A DNA stretch of 64,000 nt, from NCBI RefSeq assembly GCF_964204645.1, contig NC_134028.1:26594345-26658344 (forward strand), in the 5' to 3' direction. The DNA is from Tubulanus polymorphus. Taxonomy: Eukaryota > Animalia > Nemertea. This document shows, piece by piece, positions 52,501 to 64,000 of the stretch; the first letter of the stretch is position 1, and every line of letters starts with the position of its first letter. The translations under genes and the position numbers were made by a program. A model generated the notes under the pieces. That model worked only from the letters and a program-made list of their open reading frames with translations. It had not been told where the DNA came from and searched no databases.

Positions 52501-55500
52501 AACACAGATATAGTGTTTTATGAATTGTTATCAACTAGTTATAACAATTTACACAACTGGTCGCTGATCCCGATCGGTTTGGAAATGAGATATTTCCAAC
52601 GTTTTTCCTTTATACAGAGTAAAATCTCAATCGCGAACTGTAAAACTGGATACTACTTCTTTTTTAAAATCATTTTTTCTGTTTGCAAAAAACATTGGAT
52701 GAGATGTTTATAACTAGAAAAAGTCGGTCAGACTGATCAAACCGCACGCCAGACATTCGGCGAATTTGTCGCGTCCGTCGCGTCAAAATCTGATTTATTT
52801 GACTATATATCGGAAAATTCCGGGAATTGCCGATGAGTTGTGGTTGTGTGTGACGTAATCAGAACGCCTCCACGCTGATTTCAATAGCGAGCGTTTACTA
52901 ATACATCCGGGTAGTTAAATATGTAAATATAAACAAATACGCGAAAGAGAAATGTCAAGGTCGAAGTTTATAACGCGAGTCAGCATGTAAGCTGTTTGGA
53001 TGAATGAACGTCAGGTTTATGGCTGGTAAACAGTAGTTTTATGATCAGCGAGTAAGCGATAACACTTCAATTACTCAGCAATTAACCACTATCATTGCTG
53101 AGATATAAAAAATAAATACGCATAGAAAAATAGAAAATCGCTTTTCATTCGCAAACGGATTTCCTTCCGGGATCCGATCGTAAAAACGGCGTTTTCTTGT
53201 AAATGGAATGAACGACGAGGTTATAATGGTTGGACAGACAGGTAGAAATAAGTCGGCGGTCAATCAGGCGCGTACGCGAAATAAAACACAATTAAGTGAA
53301 GTATTCCGTTCTTCGCGTGTTCCTCATTTAGACCAAATTCGTTGGGAAATAAAATATTCGAAAGTACTATTTGATACGCGTATAAAATGTTCGACTTGGA
53401 TCGAATTGAACCCGTTAGCGAAAAGCACGGCGAATGCAACTATTTGCTAAATCTACGGGGGGTGACTACCTGCAACTAATTTCCTTTATATACAGTTTTA
53501 TCCTCTGGTAGTTTAAACTCATTCGAAAGCGAAGGTTCAACAAAGTTAGATATATAAATATTGCAGCCGCAACGGTTTTTTGTGTTTTTGTTATCCGGAT
53601 GGGGCTGGTGGTCGTGTTACATGTTCGGCGCGGTCTAATTCGAAATACAAAACATCATATTTTTCATGATTATCAATGACAGCGTTGTGGAGTAAACACG
53701 AGTTTTATCAGCATTGATTAAATATAAGGCTATCGACAAAAAATGTTTCGCGTTATCAAATAAAACAACTCGATTAACCTTTAAACAATTGTCTATTGTA
53801 GATTAGGCATTGTGTATTTAGTTACGACCTATGTGTCGACACTTCACGATTTGGAGCTCGGAAATAATATGTCCACCATATGTTGTGTTAGGGCTCAAAC
53901 ACCCAATGTCAAAACTGTGGTTCATCCTTGGGCGTACACGCTAGACTATATACGTACGTAGTTCATCCAATTCTAAACATTACACCAGTTTTATGTGTTT
54001 TCCAGAACTATCCCGACAGTTAGTTTTAGAAAAACCCAATTTTAAAGGTGAACCCCAACAGAAACTGTGTGTTTTTCTAAGTTCAACACCACACAGTTAA
54101 CACTTTTTACTTGAAAAGGTACTTTCCCCGAACTCAGCACCACGTTTTACACACGATGACCTTGACTGCAGAGAGCATCACGTGTTAAGAGTACAGGACC
54201 CGATGGTGATTATTGTTTTTGTTCGCATCAAGTAATTTTACCGGAAAAACAAAAACGTTCGTATAGTAGAAGGAATGATTTAACCTCCCACGAATAATGA
54301 GTGATATCTACATATCAGAATCCAGTTCCACCGTCCGCGTGTTGTCGGTTATATAGTTGTTGAAGACATTGAAAAAATGGAATGAAAAAATTAAAAAAGA
54401 TATTAGAAAAATCTGTTCTTACCTATCCGTCGCTACGAGAGTTCCGTTCACTGTGAAATAAGAAATAAAAACACGATGAAGTTCACTTTGAGTTTAACAA
54501 AACAACTGTGAATTATTAGCATCAAACTTTCAGTATCATATACTTTCTAGGCAACCACGTGACACGGGCGAATGTGATATAGTTGATTGGATCGCTCCGT
54601 CACCATAATCCCGTCCGCTGATTGGCCGAGATGATAACGGTCGTTTTTTTCAAATGCAGATACGTTGATGTAATAACATATCGAAGATCTTGAGGTCGTC
54701 TTGGAAAGATTCGATATGCCTTGTTAGAATGCAATAAGCAGTAGCCTCCCCCCTCCGAGGCGATATCAGACAAGGAATGCTTGTAAGATTATTTTGATAA
54801 ATGGAAAATCTGTCTCTTCAAAGGCGAACCGACGAATACGAATATATAGAGACGCGATGTTCATGTCCGAGATTCAACTCTACCACTTTCCGGAGAAATC
54901 CATCATTTATAAATGTTGATTAATAGCTCTCTAAAGTCGGGAGTATAAAAAGTTGATTGTGGAACTCCCTTTGCGTGTAGCTCATCGTATAAGAACGTTT
55001 GGTCGGGGGTATGAGGAACCTAATTGGAACTTTCCGGCGCTGTTTCATCGACAGGTAGAGATAATACGGGTCCTACACCCGGACTGAACACGCAAATATC
55101 CGTACAAGGATTTATAAAATTTAGCGGAATGACAAATTCGATTACATCCACTGCATAACATCCCGAATTATGACATCACCATTGCCCATCCTCAAACGAC
55201 TGTAAATTAGACATAATCGAGCCCTGGAGGTCGTTACTATTACTGCCCAACGACATCACAGTGTTAGATGTGATTACTGAACGAATACGCGAGAGAATCA
55301 TCAAACTCGAGAAATCACTGACACTATTTACGTAATGTTGATTGTATTTGATGCCAATCTGGGCGCGTATAATGAGTTTAACTGGACATAAAATATGAGT
55401 GGTTCAGTTTTTGTTCTTGTCGACAACATCTTCGAATCAAAGGTTCAATTAAGTTCGAGAATTGTATCTAATGAATGATTTACGCACCTCATGACGATTT

Positions 55501-56836
55501 TACTAAATTAAGACCGTTGAACTGATTCCATAGCCTTATCGTACGGATTTATGTTTCGACCTTTATATAAAATGTGATTCTTATAAACATTCTCAAATCG
55601 TTTCGTCGGAATTATGCTTAATAAACAGGGAATGTGAGGTGTAAGATCGCGAGTATTTCAAAATGTATCTATCAAAAGCGATATTGAATTCAAGTATATT
55701 TAACCGATTCGATTAAATATAAAGAGGTTACGAAAACATCTTCGCAGATAAGATATCAGATCAGATATTTTATTTCGACGATCTCTCCTTACGAATTTTC
55801 AAGGCGAACAATAACGACTTTGATTGTGAATAACTGTTTTGAACTACGGAAAACTAAGCTCCGCGTTGTCGCGAAATGCTTTTCATTACACGTGAAAAAA
55901 TAGATGATTTGTTCATACGTCTCACGAAGATGAAACTTCTACTCACGTGTGTTAGAGGCTGGCGTGAATACATGGTGGTTATGTTGACGCGGTTCCAAAA
56001 TCATATTCATTTTGTCGTTGTTTGTAAATTCCCGCATATGATTGAAAACCTCGTGTGGATTGGAGATGAGAAACGTTCGCGATCGAGTGCGCGCTGTGTG
56101 TGTGTGTTACTGGTATCTGTGCGCGTCCTGTTATATACACTCGACTCACTGACTGCCTGCGATTCGCTGCAGGTGGGATCTCGCTCGCACTAAACTTTCG
56201 CGCGAGTGTTGGTGCAAACGGAAGGGGTTACGGAGACCTCACGGGTTAGCGGAAGAGAGAATGAGGAAGACAATAATGACCCCCAGTGTTGATTCTTCGG
56301 GAAAGATCTTCTCACACGAGGAATTTCTAGAAACTTATATAGCGTCATTCAATGCAGAATCAGGGTACCCCCTATTTCCAAAGTACCTAACGATCGAGGT
56401 CACGGTATGATGCGATTCAAATACTTCTTTTGTGAGTTCTCGAAATTTCTTACATCATTCTCGAATACGGACATTATAACGGAATGTTATTACGGTGAAA
56501 TTCTATTTTTCAGACAAGTTTCAGATGAAGGCAGTCGTGTTGTGCTGAACTGCAGTTAGTATCTTAAAGTTTCGTTAAGTGTTAGAACTGATAAAAGTTG
56601 ATAAGGATTCCGTAATTTGAAAGCATTCTCGTTTTTGCTGACTCGTTTGAAAAGTATTTTACAACTTGTACCTTAAACTCCTTTATGTTCTTAAACACCG
56701 AAAAGAAATCTCAAATATTTGATAAAATACTCAGATCATGTCTAGAAAACAAACAAAAAAACAAAAAACAAAGCGCCCGATGTTGGGCGGGGCTCTTACC
56801 CGGACTGACGGTTGATGAAGACGTTCCACAACCCAT
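40568..56836 (-). CDS. Sigma-class glutathione S-transferase with N-terminal extension. Exons: 56800-56836 (or alternative 55947-56037), 54423-54450, 49639-49790, 44640-44732, 44212-44327, 42144-42255 (frameshifted), 40568-40732
   Basis: MPTKYRLLYFNARGRAELARLIFAAADVDYEDFRFEKEEWPAIKP / TLHFGQVPILEVDGKQINQTYAIARFIA / GLSGRNRIEAAQVDALVD / ...YLVGDD / LTWADL...YPKLRALKDKIEGLPRIAKWLANRPQTDY*. All junctions are GT-AG and phase-compatible except around the 112-nt exon at 42144-42255. Confidence 0.88.
45977..46025. repeat. Perfect 17-bp-stem hairpin (tiny MITE or pre-miRNA-like)
   Basis: tacaatcagggttatct ... agataaccctgattgta. Confidence 0.7.
46922..47230. mobile_element. Non-autonomous DNA element family with TTGACGCC termini; several partial copies in the window
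   Basis: ttgacgcc ... ggcgtcaa ends. Related segments at 48369-48590, 24600-24650 (reverse), 595-630, 8399-8420 and 9213-9235. Confidence 0.65.
56106..56137 (-). promoter_or_regulatory. Core promoter (TATA plus Inr-like) for the alternative GST first exon B
   Basis: Minus-strand TATATAA (56131-56137) followed ~20-25 nt later by CCAGTA, upstream of the ATG at 56037. Confidence 0.55.
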
Positions 56837-56896
56837 TGTTGCAAATCCGAGTCGCGCTTCACAATGACACACACTCGACGCCCGAACTCGAAATTA

Positions 56897-56932
56897 AAAC
56901 TAAGTCACCGAGAGACGCAGACCTTTAAAATA
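56897..56932 (-). promoter_or_regulatory. Core promoter (TATA-like plus Inr) for GST first exon A
   Basis: Minus-strand TATTTTAAAG followed ~20 nt later by TTAGTT, about 60 nt upstream of the MGCG ATG at 56836. Confidence 0.5.
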
Positions 56933-57349
56933 GGTGGTTTATCTCGACTCAATGACACATTTGATATGACAATACTTATAGTGTTTAAGATTGCAAACTT
57001 GTGACATTTACCGTGTATTTCTAGGGGCTTCGAGTGTGACGATTAGTTACTCGACCTCCCCTCTCCCGAGAGACGAGACCAGGAATTTCTCTCACTTGGT
57101 GTTAATATCAAACAGCACCAGTGTGGTCACTGAGTACACATCAAGTTTTACCCCCGGGAAGCTACGTAAATCGTCATATATGACAGATCCAGTGCATGGG
57201 ATTGATTTAGAAAATATCTTTATTTCACTAGCGAGCCTTTTTTCACTTTGTTGTGAATTACGTGGATATGAATGAATTCCTTAGAAAATTCCCAACACTG
57301 ATTTCTCTGGGTTCCGCGGGAATTCTACCCAGCAAATTCTACACAACAA

Positions 57350-57473
<124 letters not shown>

Positions 57474-58573
57474 TCATTTTCCGTACTGGAATGAGTACTG
57501 CGCCAATGAAGGAATAGTGCACTCGATGACCCCCGATGAAACTCTCGAATCAATGAGTGTTATCTGTGCGTTAAGAGTAAAACAATGTAACTATACTTCC
57601 AAGCACCTGTTGTCAAACGACAAATTATAGCGGTTACGACGACGACGACGACGACCGTGTTTGAGAGAGTGGTTTGTGTAAACCAGGTCCTCCACCCTCC
57701 CCACAGTGTCCTCCACCCTCCCCACAGTGTTATCCGGTACATATTTATCGTATTTTAATGCAAACTAAAACTACAAATGTCAACAAACGAAGACAACGAT
57801 TTCTCGATGTATCGCAATCTTTATCATTTCGAGATATTATAACTTTGTTAAAAAAAAAATCTCTTTCTCAAATCTTTAAGATGCCAAACGTTCGACTAGA
57901 TACATTTATAAACAATACATATTTGATCTCGAAATGACGAAAAAATATAATCCCAACACGAGATAGCCTAACAGCGGACGATTCCCTGGTTTCGAGGCGT
58001 TCTTTTTTGTAATATGCAAAACAAATCAACGTAGGCCTGTGTTCATGATTAAGAAATGACATTGAAATGACCTTGAAGACCTGAGACGATTTTGCTGGAA
58101 TCAAATCGTTATTTTCAATATCAATCAATTTATGAATTTTGCGATCAAATTATTATGGAACGAAGAAAAAACGATTTACTAAAAACAACTTTAATATAAC
58201 ATATTTACGCGTGATACACGTTAATTGATTAATGCAAATTAATGCACTTTTAGACACGAGTTTATGATCAGATGTTGATTCGGAACGATACGTTAAGGAT
58301 ATATCAGTAAAGGTTGTCCGTCTATAAAACTGTCACTCAGATGTGGCACTTCAATGAATCGCGCAATTAATCCGCGAAAAATATGATTTCACCGGACTAT
58401 GTTCACGAACCACAACAATGATGTGGTCTCAATGAACGTGTTAAACTTTTTTTTACAGATTATAAATTAAACTTACTTCGATTGTTTTTAGTTTCTTCCT
58501 GCATTCGTTTGAAACGTGCGTACATAATGAAATATCCATTTAAAACTAGCAGAGCGGCGTTTTAGAATATTCG

Positions 58574-58576
<3 letters not shown>

Positions 58577-58655
<79 letters not shown>
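58577..58655. repeat. (TA)n(TATG)n compound microsatellite
   Basis: Directly visible. Confidence 0.95.
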
Positions 58656-59709
58656 TTGATATATATGTACAGACCGTTAGCTAAAATCAATCCGTAGACG
58701 ACGACGAAATCACATTAATTTTGTCAAATATTAAAATATGCCTTATATGAATGAATGAAGGAATGAATACGCGAAATGAAGGACGGTATTACTGACGTCG
58801 CTCGTTGACAGGTTCACCGCGGGCATACAGACAATAGTATTATCCAGTTAAATGAATTAACCATAGTTCTTCCGTGCGTGGTCCCGAATTTAAACGTGTT
58901 TTGTTAAAGTTTCTTTCCTTTCATTATGAGTTCAGTGAATCGACCGACAAAAGGTATGTTCGTTCGTAAGCGAAATGAATGCGTCGCCCCCAGCTGAAAA
59001 AAACCGCCTCGATTCAAACCGAACACGTCATGTTAATTTTCAAAACACTCAAATTGAAAAGGTACTCGACAACGGCGACGAAAAAAAACTATTTTTCATT
59101 CAGGTTTCTCGTGATTATGAAAATGTAAAAAAGGGTATTTGCACCGAAGTTGAATTTGAATTTTTGTGTATGTATTTTTTCTCACCAAAACGAACCGGAT
59201 ACCCCGAAATATAACGACCCCATACCACTTCAATCAATAGGACCGTATTAGGTGTAACACTTTTGAATTGCTCATATTTCTGCTAGAATTTCCCCGATAA
59301 TTAGGACTCATGGGGCGCGGCCGATCACAAGAGAAGCCGACGCACAATACACAGCTGAGCTTGGACATTTTAATGTAAATCAAAGGCATGAATATAATTG
59401 TTAAACTATTTTTAGATTATACCCCGATAAACAGATAAACTAAACTTAGAAATAGCAGATCGGGCTATATATATATATATAGCCTGTTGAGGAAAATCCA
59501 GCATTGTAGAAACTGTTTCATATCGACTGCGCCGTTTCCTTCCTACTTACAGGACACTAATATTTCAGTGTTTGTATAAAAATAAATAGCTAAGCGCAAA
59601 CCGTCATGTATGACAGCAACAGCAGCAGCTGTCGCGTGATTTCATATATTCCATATATATTTATACATATGACATTCAGGAAATCTACGTGTGCTGTTGG
59701 TTGTCGTGC

Positions 59710-59781
59710 GGGGTTGTAGCTCAGTGGTAGAGCGTCCGCTTTGCATGCGGAAGGCCCGGGGTTCGAAACCCCGCAACTCCA
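59710..59781 (+). tRNA. tRNA-Ala (anticodon TGC)
   Basis: Full cloverleaf: acceptor GGGGTTG/CAACTCC with the G3:U70 alanine identity pair, D arm GCTC/GAGC, anticodon stem TCCGC/GCGGA with loop TTTGCAT, T arm CGGGG-TTCGAAA-CCCCG, discriminator A. TTTT lies ~25 nt downstream. Confidence 0.95.
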
Positions 59782-60899
59782 AGTCGTGGGCACTGTGAGA
59801 TCCTATTTTGTCGAATGTAGTTCAATGGCTCTAATAATTTTGCCTACCTGTGGTTGAACAATCTGCCGGCATCACTCTTGACTAATTATAGTACGTATAT
59901 TCCGTTTTATATCGTGTTGGAAAACGACCTTTAGTTCTTTATTCCTAAAGATGCATTTCGTCTTGATGATTAGCTTCCGCGCACATGAAAATGGTCGATG
60001 CTCGGTGTACGGGTTTCTGTATGTAATCTGAGACTATTTTGACAGTCGAAGATAGAATTCCCGTTTTCTATTCAAACTGATCGAGAGAGCGGCGACTGAT
60101 AGACGACAACGGCTCGGGAACTGTTTCTCATTTAAAATCGACTACGCACAATGCACTAATCAATCTAGCCCGTTATTCATAAGTCACGCAGATATTACAA
60201 TGTGCGAGATAGCGAGGTGAACTGAGGGAGGGAGAGAGGGTGTAAGGGAGGGAGAGAGGGTGTAACGGATAAAGTCGGAACAAACTGTCAAACTACACAA
60301 GTCAATGACCCGAATTAGAGCAAGTCTCAAAACGAAAAAGGCACTAACAGTTTTCACGAAGAAATTTCCCTGGCCGAAAAAGCGATTTTAATCTTAGTTC
60401 GTGTCAGAATAGCGCATGAAATTGCTCAGAGGATTAAACCGCGACAATCGCCCAGGGGTGCGGCGGACAGAACGAGTTGTACGTAATTGGGTTCAAAGAG
60501 AAAATCCTTTTGCGTAACATGAAATCAAATATGTTAAGAATTGCGCAATTTTCATGTTTTCCCAGCGGATTAATAGTAAATAAACGCCGAGATTTAGGTA
60601 AATCAGTAGTTTGTTTTTGATTTTGAACGGATTTTTTGTTAGTTATTCCACTACACGCATACTAACGATTCTCGCTAAGTTTAGTATTTACGTGTTTTAC
60701 GCGCACAGTCGGAATAGATTTAATCTTAATGTAAATATTAATTCCAAGAGGAGATTATGAATATGAATGAGTAGTTGATATCGAGACAATCAATGGGTTA
60801 TTAGTACTTGTGGGTGAATACGTGCAAAACGTGTGTCATGGTTAGAGGTGATTCGGTACAAGATTGTTTATTCATTCGTCTTCACATCTATTCAAATGC

Positions 60900-61120
60900 G
60901 AGGGGAGACAGAGACGGATGAGAAAAAAGAGTTGAAGGGAAGGTAATGGGACGAGGAAGAGGAGAGGGAGAGAGATGATGAGGGGGAGAGGTTGAATAGA
61001 CGGAGGGAGGGAGCGAGTGAATGAGAAATAGATGAAAGACTGAGGTATATGAGATAGAGGGACGGACAGACGGTCAGAGGGAGGGGAAGGGAGGGAGGGA
61101 GAGAAGAGTGCATGAGAAAG
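60900..61120. repeat. Polypurine (GA-rich) low-complexity tract
   Basis: Almost exclusively G/A on the + strand for about 220 bp. Confidence 0.8.
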
Positions 61121-63944
61121 ATATGAAAGGCTTCGGGCTATGTTTTCCCTCAAGTTCATGATTATTGACCCGCACACGTTAATGTAGCGATATCGCGCGG
61201 CTGATCTCAGATTACGATGCCCGGATATGTCGCGGTACAATATCCAGTTTTCATCTTCATCGAAAATCTCGCGTTTAAGGATTTTACGATCGAAATTGCA
61301 AATCAACGAGAAATGCTATTTGTTTAGGATATAACAAATATTTAGAGCACGGTCGTGAATTGTCAGTGAAATTCTTAGAAATGCGTCTAGAAAGTGTATT
61401 CAACGATACGCGACCATTTACCCTTTCGTCCTTGTCAACTTCTCAATCGAAAATGAATGTTTCATTTCCATAGTTTCAGTAAAGTCGGTTTAGGTTAGTT
61501 TTGAGTGAACGCCGCGCGCAATGTCGGGTGACATTCGCCGATTGAACGCAATGGTACTCAGAAAACTACTTGATGTAACTCTTTAAGTGCCTCGCTACAC
61601 AAGAATCTCGGTCAAATAGCAATTTCATAATGAATCAATTGGCGTTGTGTCAAAGGTGTCAAAAGAGGCACGCGCGCGCCAGAATAAAACAACTGTATAA
61701 CTCGAATCATTTAAGGCCTACACACGGGGTCATTCTGTGGTTTTATGAATCTCTAGCGCTGAGATGCGCTGACGTGAAAAAGCGCATCTTAAATTTCAAG
61801 TGTAGTCTTTAATTGTGAGTTAAGCTATAGCATTAAGTTGGTGTTAAATCCAACCGACTGATCTCATTACCTGTTGCGCAGTAGTGACTTAAATCCACGA
61901 GTGGTCTCAAATCTGAAGACTAGTTAAGTTTTTGTAGAACTCAGTTCGTAATGGAAAAATATAAATACATTAAGAAATCCTCTTTTATTTTTTTTTTGGT
62001 ATTTGTTCTATAATTAGTATCTGGTTGAGTACCGTATGGGTTTTGAGTGCGCGCCTGATGCCCGCAAAATCAAGTAATCTCGATCGAAAGGATCGCACGC
62101 AATGGGAGTTTCATTCGGTGAGGATGACATCGGGTCGATGACAGCAAACAACATTGAACTGATTGAACCTGGGGTTGATAAACACGATGAAAACACGAGA
62201 ATCATTGATCGCGTTCGCGTTACATTAAACAGATAAAGCAAACATTGTGTGTATAGAATCCCGGCTGTGGACAGCTGTTCAAACCCCGGAATGTCATCTG
62301 CACCGATTTTACACTCAACCGTCCACAGAATGTTTTTACGTAATTGCCAAATGTGTTACTTCGTTCGAATTCTACCCGGAACCCTCACTGGAATATAACG
62401 GGTCCCAGCCGTGACCTATCAATAACTTAAACCCCTAGCGATGTCATCATGGTGAAGGCAGAAAAAAAATTGGCGAAGGCCGGAAAAATAATGAGAATTG
62501 AAGATGATTCTACTGGCGGCAAAGTTGATATCATCATTGATCTTAATATTTGATATCAACGTCATCTATTTTTCGTGATGCATATTTCGAGTTATATAAT
62601 TAAAGTAAATTGAATTCGCAATAACATATGAATAGGAATGGGTCATGTTTTACATAACTTGCAGATCAAGCTGAATTTTCTAGAGCCATAGCAGGCTGCA
62701 TAGATTCATTCACGGGCAGCGACCAATGCCCTTTTAGGCATCCGTATTGAAGTGGAAGAGTGAAGACCCCCCGGTTCCCGTTTAACAAGTTCCAGCGGAC
62801 TGATTTATCTAAACTGATTCAGGAATCGACCTAATAATGTCGAAAAGTGACATTCGTGCGTTTTATTTTCTGGAAATCAATGGAATGATAGTCAATTTTC
62901 GATGTAATTTCCCTGGCGATTTCTTCCTTGGCCATTTTCCGTTCACGCACTGTCCTGGAGCGAGTTGATATTTCGTCTTGAGTTTTTTTAGGGAACTAAA
63001 TCTTTTAAGGAAATGAAATCTTAATACGTGTGTTGGAAATAAAGATTTGTGTTCTTGTTCATCGGTAAAATTATCTTATAAGAATTTATTTTTTTTCTAA
63101 TTACCATATGACGATTTTCTAGTCGTTTCTTTTTCAATTCTCAAACCAAAAAGCACCATGCATAAAGCAACATGCAATTTTATACCTGGGATATTATCTC
63201 GGAGCCGTTGACGTGACCCGCGCTATCCTCTATTGATCGTGTCATCGACGTAAAACCCATTTCATTCCATAGTAAGGTCGAATCCCTCATTATTCTATTT
63301 CGTACATATTTTTGTAGATTCGGTGATTTAATCGACGATTTGATGGATCTGGCGCAGCGATGAACAAAAGAAACAACTGTATGATTTATTCGCTGCGACA
63401 TGGCGCGAATCCTTTCTTCAAACAAATTCAAACGATTAAAAACGACTGTTATTTTCAAAAAGGCAATTCATAACATAAACATTTTTCAAAATGTATAATC
63501 AATTTTTATTGCCAATTTCGAATGTAGTTTTTTATTACAAAGGATTTTAGAATAGAACGGGAACCGACTACACTTGGTGATAATATCTATTGCACTTATT
63601 GTCCCAGTGCACCATAATAAATTAATGATTCATATAATTGTGATGACATCCTGACACCCGACCGATTACTCATCCAAAAAATAATATCCCACTCAGCTTT
63701 CAATCATTATAGCAATGCTTCAGTGAAGTTTCTATCTCATTATTTGATATCTCGTAGTTGGTAAGGTATCGAGGATGTCATATCATCATCATGAGAATAG
63801 ATGAAGCAAAGTTTATTTCCGTTGAGGTTTCATGACAAAAACACAAACAGGCAACAAAGAAGGCAAACGAATCTCACACCTATAGCATAGCACCAGAATT
63901 AAACATATCTCACGTATCCAAGAATCATGTTAATGTGAATGTCT

Positions 63945-64000
63945 AAAGCGGGGCGATTTTCGTCGCAAGCGACAAAATCGCCGAGAAATCGCCTAGTGTG
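63945..64000. mobile_element. Start of a palindromic MITE-like element, truncated by the window end
   Basis: ggcgattttcgtcgc / gcgacaaaatcgcc hairpin followed by aatcgcctagtgtg. Confidence 0.45.

Noticed and set aside
60872-61306. 144-aa Ser/Pro/Leu-rich ORF
   Set aside because: Arises from the polypurine/polypyrimidine tract. No recognisable domain or splice context.
63180-63458. 92-aa minus-strand ORF ending at a possible donor, as another GST first exon
   Set aside because: It ends in phase 0, incompatible with the phase-1 micro-exon and the phase-2 GST exon. No recognisable homology.

Overview
Eukaryotic, AT-rich genomic DNA with GT-AG introns, many of them short. The gene and repeat content suggests a marine invertebrate, probably a spiralian/lophotrochozoan (inference). 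The first 34 kb is gene-dense. In order: an astacin metalloprotease with two ShK domains (5' end outside the window), a vitamin K-dependent gamma-glutamyl carboxylase (GGCX-like), an intronless rhodopsin-class GPCR, a secreted two-PAN/Apple-domain protein, a mitochondrial-clan cytochrome P450, an intronless GT92 glycosyltransferase-like gene, a DXO/Dom3Z decapping nuclease, and diacylglycerol kinase epsilon. The rest holds transposon remnants, a tRNA-Ala(TGC) and a ~16-kb sigma-class GST gene on the minus strand. The GST locus is the most unusual part. Two alternative TATA-driven first exons splice in frame through a 28-nt micro-exon onto the GST, and one encodes a myristoylation/palmitoylation signal (MGCGTSS). 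The penultimate coding exon is frameshifted, yet the shifted frame stays open into the last exon. Four perfect TCAAGGTCA nuclear-receptor sites lie in its 5' region. Several neighbouring enzymes (GGCX, GT92, DXO, DGKE C1A) have substitutions at normally conserved residues. All exon structures were read by eye and need RNA-seq confirmation.
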